From the NCBI GenBank assembly GCA_943788915.1, contig CALSSD010000003.1, positions 50,663 through 74,662 of the forward strand: DNA of 24,000 bases. Direction: 5' to 3'. The position numbers and the translations under genes are program-made. Positions 1-6,846 of the stretch are shown piece by piece (position 1 is the stretch's first letter; each line of letters begins with the position of its first letter). The stretch comes from an uncultured Acidimicrobiales bacterium. GTDB taxonomy: Bacteria > Actinomycetota > Acidimicrobiia > Acidimicrobiales > UBA10347. A model generated the notes under the pieces. That model was not told where the DNA came from. It was given only the letters and a program-made list of their open reading frames with translations, and did no database searches.

Positions 1-1520
1 AAGATCAACCGGGCACCGTTCTCGTAGGTAACGATCGTTGCATCGAGCGGGGCAATACGCCGCTGGTCCACGACAGCAGCAGCATCTGGTCGAGCCATCA
101 ACTCAGTGATCGACGTGACCGCTCGATCGCCCGGTGACACCTCAGTCCCGACCACGCCGTAGAACGAGTCTGCCAGAGCCTCTGGTAGTGGGAGATCAGC
201 TTCGTCGGCTGCAGCGCCGGTGACCAACACGTAGGGATGAGAGGCCAGCACATCGAACAGAAACCGTTGTGCATCGTCGACCGTGATCGAATCGATCACC
301 TGGTTAGCGATGGTTTGGCGATCGGCGGCATTGGCCGGGATCCCTCGATCGAGTGCATAACTCACGAGGTCCCCCGCGATCTCAGCATCCTGCCGAGTGC
401 TGCTCTCGGCGAACCGCTGAGCGACCTGCAAGCGGGCTGAGGCAAGCTCACGCTCCAGTTCTTCGGATGTAAAGCCGAATTGGCGAGCCCGTTCGACCTC
501 GACAAGCAGGTCTTGGAGCGCCGCGCCGACATCGGCGGGCGCAGTCGCGGTCGACAGGCTCACAATCTGAGAAGACCCCAAATAGCCACTGGCTCCAGCG
601 TTGGCGCTCAGCATGACACTTTCGCCACGTTGGACCAGCTCAAACAGCCGGGTACTGACCATGCTCATTGCCATGGACGCGACGAGTTGAGAACGCATCG
701 TAAACGGCGAGGTGACTGGAGAGTCGTCCATGCGCCACAGGACCTCGAGTTCAGTGCGTTGGATCTCGCTGTCAGTGAATACATCGAAGACTGGCTCAGG
801 CAACGAACCTGGCGCAGTAACAATGGGCGTTCGTTCGAACGCATCGTCGGGTGGCGGTTGCACGAACGTTGCCACAATCCGTCGCTCGATGTCGGCGACA
901 TCGATGTCACCAACCGCAACGATTGTCATCAACTCTGGCCGATACCAGCGTTGATAAAAGGCACGAAGCTCAACCTCGGTCATCGATTCGATGACGTCAG
1001 CCTGTCCAATCGGAGCCCGTCCGAGGTAGTCGGTTCCTGCGAGCAAGACGTCGCGGACCTCGGCCCGGATACGACCCGACAGAGGTTCGACGGACCGCCG
1101 GTGTTCCTCGCGAACCACCCCTCGTTCTTCGACAACCGCGTTGGTTTCTATGGTCGCAGCCGTCGCCCACTGGAACAAGACGTCGAGCCCTAGCTGCACT
1201 GTTTTGGCTGAGCGGGTTGGAAGTTGCAGCTCGTAGACCGTCTCCTCGTAACTCGTATACGCGTTGACATCGGGCCCGAACCCTGAGCCGAAACCTTCCA
1301 TTACCTGGACGATCTCGTTGCCGGGAAACCGCTCGGTGCCGTTGAACATCATGTGTTCAAGAAAATGAGCAACACCCTCGGTACCCGCTTCTTCGTTGAT
1401 CGAGCCGGCCCGCACGACCATCCGAAGTTGCGCCTGGCTCCCTGGTCGACCGTTGTTACGGATCAGGTACGACATTCCGTTGGCTAACACACCTTCAACA
1501 ACGTCCTTGATCGAGCTCAA
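1..1520 (-). CDS. M16 (pitrilysin/insulinase) family zinc metallopeptidase, long form; the gene continues past the left edge of the window (3' end not seen)
   Basis: The minus-strand frame is open from 1544 down to base 1. It is missing from the ORF track only because no stop lies in the window. My translation reads ...VVEGVLANGMSYLIRNNGRPGSQAQLRMVVRAGSINEEAGTEGVAHFLEHMMFNGTERFPGNEIVQVMEGFG...EERGVVREEHRR... HFLEH (1353-1367) is the inverted HxxEH zinc motif of family M16. Near base 1 a second ...ATIVTYENGARLI unit begins, as in tandem ~900-aa M16 proteins. The start is ambiguous (TTG 1520, GTG 1490, ATG 1475) and probably displaced by a frameshift (see findings). Confidence 0.85.
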   Translation of the reverse strand, partial: MSSIKDVVEGVLANGMSYLIRNNGRPGSQAQLRMVVRAGSINEEAGTEGVAHFLEHMMFNGTERFPGNEIVQVMEGFGSGFGPDVNAYTSYEETVYELQLPTRSAKTVQLGLDVLFQWATAATIETNAVVEERGVVREEHRRSVEPLSGRIRAEVRDVLLAGTDYLGRAPIGQADVIESMTEVELRAFYQRWYRPELMTIVAVGDIDVADIERRIVATFVQPPPDDAFERTPIVTAPGSLPEPVFDVFTDSEIQRTELEVLWRMDDSPVTSPFTMRSQLVASMAMSMVSTRLFELVQRGESVMLSANAGASGYLGSSQIVSLSTATAPADVGAALQDLLVEVERARQFGFTSEELERELASARLQVAQRFAESSTRQDAEIAGDLVSYALDRGIPANAADRQTIANQVIDSITVDDAQRFLFDVLASHPYVLVTGAAADEADLPLPEALADSFYGVVGTEVSPGDRAVTSITELMARPDAAAVVDQRRIAPLDATIVTYENGARLI

Positions 1521-1824
1521 ACGGCTGATCCCATCCGTCAGGCACTACGAATGCAGGTGGAGGCGCACCAGCGAACTGGGCGGGACCTGGCCGCTCAGGC
1601 TCGCTTCGAGCGCCGCCTGTGCCCTCTGCGGACGTCTCCGCCGATGATTCTGGAGGGGTGTCAACCGCAGTCGCATCTGAGTCGGGTGCAGCGATCTCGC
1701 CACCGTCAATCGACAATGATGGGCGGTCGCTCTCGGCCAGGTCAATGGCGGCTTCAGATCGACAGGCGACGGCCACTAACGCCATCGTGAGCAGCAGGCC
1801 AACAACCTGTCGTGAGGAATCCAC
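1495..1824 (-). CDS. Lipoprotein signal peptide plus acidic Ser/Thr/Pro-rich tether with no globular domain; probably the displaced N-terminus of the downstream M16 peptidase
   Basis: The ORF-track product starts MDSSRQVVGLLLTMALVAVAC (hydrophobic core followed by a lipobox-like AVAC). It continues as low-complexity acidic linker and ends ...PPAFVVPDGWDQPFELDQGRC*. Its last 47 nt overlap the open M16 frame, which is offset by one base. Confidence 0.5.
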   Translation of the reverse strand: MDSSRQVVGLLLTMALVAVACRSEAAIDLAESDRPSLSIDGGEIAAPDSDATAVDTPPESSAETSAEGTGGARSEPERPGPAQFAGAPPPAFVVPDGWDQPFELDQGRC

Positions 1825-1921
1825 AAACCACCGTACTGCGCAGGAGACCGAACGCTGAGGCGGCTAGGGATAGACAGCTAGGTCAGCGCTGCACCGTGCG
1901 GGGTGCGTGGCAACCAGAAGG

Positions 1922-2848
1922 TCAGCTACCGGTGTTCTCGCGCAGCAGGTACGAAGGAGCAAGCTGGACCGGGGTCGAGGCCTGATCTGTGATCGGTGGG
2001 CGAATTGGTTCAACCTTGGCTCCGCGATCGGCCATCAATTGGCGATGGCGGACCAGAAGGATGACATAACCGAGCATGACAGCGTCGACGAGTACATGGG
2101 CAGCTACCCAGCGGCCGCCAGCAAACAATGCAAGCAACAACGTCATGGCTGCGATGCCGGTGAAGCCGAGCAGTACGTGACGACGGCGTTCGCGAGCAGC
2201 AGATGTTGAGGTAGGCATGCCGAGGCCAGCATTGTCGGAGGTGTCCCACGCCTGGTGCAAGATTGACTCGGCAGCCATGGGTGCGTCTTCGAGATACGCC
2301 GTTGCAGACGTCGCCAGCGGTCGGGTGAGTTGAGGTGCCGCGTCGGCGTCGAGTGGTCGCAACTGGACCACATTGCCAGATGTCACAGACGCGGGATTGC
2401 CAGATGTCACAGACGCGGGATTGCCAGATGTCACAGACGCGGGATTGCCAGATGTCACAGACGCGGGAGCCAAGTGCGCAGGTCCGGAGCTGCTGGGAGC
2501 GGGCGCATATGGGCGAAGAGCGGCAGAGGCTTGCGTGCCCAGCGGGTTTACACCCGAGGTTCGCATGCCGGTCGGCGAACTGACCGTCGAGGTCGAATAC
2601 TGATTCGATGCTTTTTGCAGTGGCAAGAAACGCTGCGCAGAGTTCATGCCACCTGAGGAGAGTCCTCCACCAGTCTGAATGGATCCGAATGTGCGCCCAG
2701 AGGCACGGCGATCTTTCAGGTACGGCGGGAGGAGCACCAATGCCCACAGGGCTATAAGGATTACAAGTACCACGTAAGTCAAGACTTTGCTACAGCTTCC
2801 AGTAACGACACTGTTGCAGCTCGCGCAACCCGGGTGGTGGATTTCCAC
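1922..2848 (-). CDS. Hypothetical membrane protein: N-terminal TM helix, long Ser/Pro/Thr/Gly-rich disordered region with a PASVTSGN x4 repeat, and a C-terminal pair of TM helices
   Basis: 308-aa ORF. Hydrophobic segments are VLTYVVLVILIALWALVLLPP and, near the C-terminus, VLLGFTGIAAMTLLLALFAGG and VLVDAVMLGYVILLV. An AAGGGA Shine-Dalgarno-like sequence lies 4 nt upstream of the GTG at 2848. I recognise no family. Confidence 0.65.
   Translation of the reverse strand: MEIHHPGCASCNSVVTGSCSKVLTYVVLVILIALWALVLLPPYLKDRRASGRTFGSIQTGGGLSSGGMNSAQRFLPLQKASNQYSTSTVSSPTGMRTSGVNPLGTQASAALRPYAPAPSSSGPAHLAPASVTSGNPASVTSGNPASVTSGNPASVTSGNVVQLRPLDADAAPQLTRPLATSATAYLEDAPMAAESILHQAWDTSDNAGLGMPTSTSAARERRRHVLLGFTGIAAMTLLLALFAGGRWVAAHVLVDAVMLGYVILLVRHRQLMADRGAKVEPIRPPITDQASTPVQLAPSYLLRENTGS
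2372..2467. repeat. Perfect tandem repeat, 24 bp x 4 (plus-strand unit attgccagatgtcacagacgcggg), in frame within the 1922-2848 CDS
   Basis: Read directly from the sequence. The four units occupy 2372-2395, 2396-2419, 2420-2443 and 2444-2467 and are identical. On the coding (minus) strand each unit reads ccc gcg tct gtg aca tct ggc aat = PASVTSGN. Confidence 0.97.
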
Positions 2849-3140
2849 AAGTTCCCTTGGAGGATCCGGACTTCGGGTGATCGGCGCGTGGGCAGAACAG
2901 GTCTGGCGAATATTGCGAAATGATTACAACATGGTTGTCTACTAGCTACCGAGGCAGTACACAACGCGCAGTCAAAAAACCTTAAACACCTGTCTCAACG
3001 ACATTTGACTCCTGGGCAGGACCGAGGAACGAGCCGGGGTAGTTCGTGACGAGCGGGAAGAGTCGATGGACGAGGCGACCAGTGGCACTCACAACCATGT
3101 CCGACGAATGTCGGCCCAAGCGGAGTGACGAACTACACCC

Positions 3141-3626
3141 TTAGCGCTGCCAGCCGCCAGATCTGCCACCAGACTTCTGCCACAGGCCGAGCGACTCAAC
3201 AGTCATACCTCGGTCCCGGGCTTTGCACATGTCATAGATGGTGAGCGCTGCAACCGAACATGCGGTGAGCGCTTCCATCTCGACACCGGTAGGCCCGACG
3301 GTCTCGACGGTTGCTTCGATATCGATCCATGACTCACCGATGTCGAAGTTGACCTCGGCAGAGCCAATCATGATCGGATGACACAACGGGATGAGATCAC
3401 TGGTGCGTTTAGCACCTTGGATACCGGCAATGCGAGCAACCGCAAGAACATCACCCTTGCCGACAACACCTTGTTGGATCGCGGTCGCGGTGGCCGCCGA
3501 CATAGACACCCGGGCCCGAGCAACACCGACTCGTTTGGTCCACTCCTTGGGCGTGACATCGACCATACGGGCAGCACCGTGCTCGTCGAGATGGGTGAAC
3601 CCGTGTTCAGCCGGTTCGTTTGCCAC
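3141..3626 (-). CDS. moaC: Cyclic pyranopterin monophosphate synthase MoaC
   Basis: The translation contains FTHLDEHGAARMVDVTPKEWTKRVGVARARVSM...GDVLAVARIAGIQGAKRTSDLIPLCHPI...GPTGVEMEALTACSVAALTIYDMCKA, the typical MoaC core. I place the start at GTG 3626, 2 nt after the moaA stop, rather than at the ORF-track start 3701, which would overlap moaA by 73 nt. Confidence 0.93.
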   Translation of the reverse strand: MANEPAEHGFTHLDEHGAARMVDVTPKEWTKRVGVARARVSMSAATATAIQQGVVGKGDVLAVARIAGIQGAKRTSDLIPLCHPIMIGSAEVNFDIGESWIDIEATVETVGPTGVEMEALTACSVAALTIYDMCKARDRGMTVESLGLWQKSGGRSGGWQR

Positions 3627-3628
3627 GC

Positions 3629-4622
3629 TCAGCCGCCGATCTGGCTCATGGACCGATGCGGTCGAATGAAGTTCACCTTGCCGATTTGGTGGCCGGCCCA
3701 TTTGGCGCCAACACCCCGCTCGATTTCGGCCGCGAGTTCTTCGTCGGTTGCCCCATTACGAAGCAAGGTCCGCAGATCGAATTCGTCGACGGCGAAAAGA
3801 CAATTACGCAGCTGGCCCTCGGCAGTCAGGCGCACCCGGTCGCAGTCTCCACAGAACGCCTGGGTGACGCTCGCGATCACGCCGACCTCGCCTTTGCCGT
3901 CGAGGAAACGGAATCGCTGCGCAGGTTCGTGACCCCGCTGGATGGGTTCAAGCGGGAAGACCTCGCCAATAGCGGCGACGATTTCTTTTTGGCTGACAAC
4001 CCGGTCGTTGCTCCAGCCCTCGTCGGCGTCGAGCGGCATCCACTCGATAAACCGAACAACAACACCCTTGTCTCGACCGAAACGAGCGAAGTCAACAAGT
4101 TCGTCGTCGTTGATACCCCTCATCACCACACAGTTGACTCTTGACCGGCTCGAAACCGGCTTCGACTGCTGCGTCGATGCCATCGAGCACCGTGTCGAGT
4201 TCGTCTCGCCGAGTCAGCTCGAGGAAACGGTCCTGCTGCAGCGAGTCGAGCGAGATGTTGATCCGGCGCAGGCCTGCGTCCCTAAGAAGCTGGGCGTGGC
4301 GCCGCAACGTCGAACCGTTCGTGGTCATGGCCACGTCGGTGCCCAGCGCCGCGAGCTTTGCCACCAGCTCATCGAGATTCGCCCGCACCATGGGTTCTCC
4401 CCCGGTGAGCCGGATGCTGTCAACGCCAAACGTGTTCACCATGACGCGGGCGAGCTGTTCGATCTCCTCGAACGTCAAGATGTCGGCCCGGTCAAGCCAT
4501 TCAAGGCCTTCTTCTGGCATGCAGTACGTACACCGGAAATTGCAGCGGTCCGTAACACTGATGCGGAGATCTCGATGGACCCGTCCGAATGTGTCGACCA
4601 AAGGTCGTGCCATGCCAAACAT
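3629..4622 (-). pseudogene. moaA: GTP 3',8-cyclase MoaA (radical SAM) interrupted by a 1-nt frameshift; two ORF pieces, 4092-4622 and 3629-4183
   Basis: The N-terminal piece carries the radical-SAM motif CNFRCTYC and reads ...IDAAVEAGFEPVK, then runs out of frame (SQLCGDEGYQRRRTC*). The C-terminal piece, in another frame, continues exactly where MoaA should: VNCVVMRGINDDELVDFARFG...FCGDCDRVRLTAEGQLRNCLF...RSMSQIGG*. The junction on the minus strand is ccg gtc aag [a] gtc aac tgt. Removing one base near plus 4139 restores ...EPVKVNCVVMRG... Confidence 0.85.
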
Positions 4623-4800
4623 CGTACTTGCACCCTTGACAAATGCTCAATCGGGTTACAACCCAACTACCTCAAGGACCCGCCGGCAAAAGGCACGGAG
4701 GCCCACATGCCTTCTTCGCAGTGGCAAAAACGCCGAAGGAGGACCAGGCCTTTCAAGCCGCCGTTCATGTCTCGAACAGACCCACTGCCGACATGGCTCA
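4623..4800 (-). promoter_or_regulatory. Long structured moaA 5' leader; candidate molybdenum-cofactor (Moco) riboswitch
   Basis: A 300-nt non-coding gap lies upstream of moaA. The minus-strand RNA has several local hairpins: GGCUUGAAAGGCC; CCUCCUUCG...CGAAGAAGG (8 of 9 pairs); GGCA-UGUGGGCCUCCG-UGCC; and GGGUUGUAACCC. The segment GCGAAGAAGGCAUGUGGGCCUCCGUG resembles the GCGAAGGAAG...GCCUCCCGU region of the E. coli moaA Moco element as I remember it. No covariance-model search was run. Confidence 0.3.
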
Positions 4801-4923
4801 AGACGGTGGTCGTGGCTGCTGTGTTGCTGGCACACCCGTCGTCTATCTCGCCGACGCACTCGTCTGGACAATCATGGACGACCGTATCGTGCGACTGACC
4901 GTCGCCCGAGTCCGATCTCCGCG

Positions 4924-5979
4924 TTAACCGCCTGGCCTGCCGGCTGGCCGACCCGTTGGCCTCTGGGGCGCAGGGCAACAGGTTTCGCCGCACTGTGTCG
5001 GCACGAGTCCCAACTCCCCGAGCGCAACCGGCACCACACCTTCGGTTCGCTCCTTGACCAGTTCGACAATCATGTCGACAAACCGCTCATCGCTGCTCGC
5101 CGTCGACACCCTGGTGAACCCAAGCTCAACCGCTCGTGCAGCAGCGGCAGCGTCGGTGTCGAGGTCTTGCAGCACTTCCATGTGGTCAGAAATGAAACCA
5201 ATCGGTACCACCACGGCATGGTCGACCTGTAACCGGTCTATCGATCGGATCGCATCACAAATATCGGGTTCGAGCCATGGCATAGAGGGTGGGCCACTTC
5301 GGCTCTGCCACACAACCGACCATGGAGGCATGGCTGCGCCGGCTGACGCGCCGACACCCTCGGCCACGAGCTGCGCCGCATTGGTGATTTGTTGTTCGTA
5401 GTTACAGGTGGCCGCGGAGGCAGACGGGATGCTGTGTGCCGTGAAGAAAACGTGTGTCCGAGCAGGGTCGATCCCATCAAGGGCCGAAGTAACACCGGCG
5501 ACCATCGGATCGATGAAACCGGGGTGATTGAAGAAGATCCGAAGTTTGTCAATCGCTGGACCGTCGCCATCGATCAAGCGGACCGCGTTGGCGATGTTCT
5601 CTCGATATTGCCGGCAGCCACTGTAGGAGCTGTAGGCAGACGTCACGAACGCGACGGCATGTTTGACGCCGTCGGTATGCATCTGGGCGACCGTGTCGTC
5701 GAGAAACGGCGCCGAATTCCTGTTCCCCCAGTACAGGGGAACATCGATGTCGGCTGAAGCGAACGCATCGGTGAGTTGAGCCAACAGGGTGCGGCAGTGC
5801 CCATTGATCGGACTGATCCCGCCTCGGGCGAAATAGTGCTGGCCTACAAGTTCGAGCCGTTCACGAGGGATGCCTCTGCCTGCGGTGACCCGTTCGAGAA
5901 ACGGAATCACCTCATCGGGCCCCTCGGGACCCCCGAAACTCACCAACAAGAATGCATCGATCGGATCGGCCATCGTCAT
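4924..5979 (-). CDS. hemH: Ferrochelatase (actinobacterial type, probably coproporphyrin ferrochelatase) with a Cys-rich C-terminus
   Basis: 351-aa ORF. It reads MTMADPIDAFLLVSFGGPEGPDEVIPFLERVT...SPINGHCR...FFTAHSIPSA...PWLEPDICDAI...VVVPIGFISDHMEVLQDLD..., the typical ferrochelatase pattern. The C-terminal ...PTQCGETCCPAP supplies the clustered cysteines seen in [2Fe-2S]-containing actinobacterial enzymes. Confidence 0.93.
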   Translation of the reverse strand: MTMADPIDAFLLVSFGGPEGPDEVIPFLERVTAGRGIPRERLELVGQHYFARGGISPINGHCRTLLAQLTDAFASADIDVPLYWGNRNSAPFLDDTVAQMHTDGVKHAVAFVTSAYSSYSGCRQYRENIANAVRLIDGDGPAIDKLRIFFNHPGFIDPMVAGVTSALDGIDPARTHVFFTAHSIPSASAATCNYEQQITNAAQLVAEGVGASAGAAMPPWSVVWQSRSGPPSMPWLEPDICDAIRSIDRLQVDHAVVVPIGFISDHMEVLQDLDTDAAAAARAVELGFTRVSTASSDERFVDMIVELVKERTEGVVPVALGELGLVPTQCGETCCPAPQRPTGRPAGRPGG

Positions 5980-6823
5980 TTTTTCTGTGCCTTCGTGGGG
6001 GACTTCTTGTTGGAACTGCTGCGTTGTTGGGGCTTAGACCTTGGCAGTTGGGGCAACGCCACATCTTGCGGGCCGCGACCTCGAGTAGCTCGATCGGGGT
6101 ATCACAGACACGACATGGCTCGTCTTGGCGTTTGTACGCGTACAGCCGCTCTCCAGCAGGTATCGAACGAGCGGTCTTGTAACCCCCGAGCGCTGGGTCC
6201 ACCGTGACGATTCGATTGAGCTTCTCGCCGAGCCGCAATTGCTGGACCGTGAGGTCCCACAGGTCGCGAAGCTGAGATTCGTCGAGCGCATTCGCTGGCG
6301 TTTCTGGGTCGATGCCAGCAATAAACAACAACTCGGCCCGGTACACATTGCCGATTCCAGCAACGACCTTCTGATCGAGGAGTGCAGCGCCCACAGCGAT
6401 GCGACGCCGTTGCATTGCAGCAACGAAGGCATCGACATCGGCTTTCGGCCTCAGCGGATCTGGCCCCACCGATGCTGCCACCTTGTCCGCCAACTCGGGC
6501 GAACCCAGATCGCACACCATTGGCCCTCGAAGATCCCAATTCACGTCAGCGGTGGCCAGCCGCAGCCGCACTGCCCCAACCGGGTCTCCCTTCGCCCTGC
6601 GAAACTTCCCGATCAGGCCGAGGTGGACGTGCAGCACATCGCCGGTCGCGAAATGTCCGACCAGATGTTTTCCGTGAGCTTCGAACTCGTCGCAGATTTG
6701 GGCGTTGAGTTTTGCTGCACCTGCTTCGAATCGCCCCTGGGGCGACGATGCATGAATCTTCTGCCCGCCAAACGCTGCATTGAGATCACGAGCGAGCCGA
6801 TGGATGGTGTGCCCTTCAGGCAT
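5912..6823 (-). CDS. nei: Fpg/Nei family DNA glycosylase / AP lyase (endonuclease VIII, Nei1-like)
   Basis: MPEGHTIHRLARDLNAAFGGQKI... places the catalytic Pro directly after the initiator Met, so I put the start at ATG 6823 rather than the ORF-track TTG 6832. Other family features are HGKHL, the H2TH segment GIGNVYRAELLFIAGIDPETP, and the C-terminal zinc finger CRVCDTPIE...WRCPNCQ. After the zinc finger a 42-aa tail runs 68 nt into hemH. Confidence 0.88.
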   Translation of the reverse strand: MPEGHTIHRLARDLNAAFGGQKIHASSPQGRFEAGAAKLNAQICDEFEAHGKHLVGHFATGDVLHVHLGLIGKFRRAKGDPVGAVRLRLATADVNWDLRGPMVCDLGSPELADKVAASVGPDPLRPKADVDAFVAAMQRRRIAVGAALLDQKVVAGIGNVYRAELLFIAGIDPETPANALDESQLRDLWDLTVQQLRLGEKLNRIVTVDPALGGYKTARSIPAGERLYAYKRQDEPCRVCDTPIELLEVAARKMWRCPNCQGLSPNNAAVPTRSPPRRHRKNDDGRSDRCILVGEFRGSRGAR

Positions 6824-6846
6824 GACTAGCAACCATCACATTCCAT

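Noticed and set aside
480-1193. Plus-strand ORF of 237 aa and several smaller ORFs at 237-954
   Set aside because: They are antisense or off-frame relative to the M16 peptidase frame, which is open across the whole region and carries HxxEH.
1891-1906. Small hairpin GCACC-GTGCGG-GGTGC downstream of the 1922-2848 gene as a terminator
   Set aside because: The stem is only 5 bp and no U-tract follows on the minus strand. This is indistinguishable from chance in GC-rich DNA.
2372-2467. The tandem repeats at 2372-2467 (24-bp units) and 20755-20829 (15-bp units) as possible CRISPR arrays
   Set aside because: The units are directly adjacent with no unique spacers. The units are too short, and no cas genes lie nearby. 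These are simple tandem repeats.
2010-2747. Alternative-frame ORFs over the repeat region (2010-2747 minus strand; 2330-2656, 2335-2583 and 2373-2603 plus strand) with their own periodic peptides
   Set aside because: The periodicity is a by-product of the 24-bp DNA repeat read in other frames. Only the 1922-2848 frame gives TM helices at both ends and a Shine-Dalgarno-like site.
4667-4993. 108-aa minus-strand ORF spanning the hemH 3' end and the moaA leader
   Set aside because: It overlaps hemH out of frame and has no motifs or convincing ribosome-binding site. Only its last 33 codons (4667-4768) are kept, as a possible uORF alternative in the moaA-leader finding.
3942-5232. Long plus-strand ORFs 3942-4898 (318 aa) and 4141-5232 (363 aa)
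   Set aside because: They lie antisense to moaA and hemH, whose products have unmistakable family motifs. Their translations are Arg/Ser/Pro/Thr-rich low-complexity strings typical of shadow ORFs in GC-rich DNA, with no recognisable motifs.
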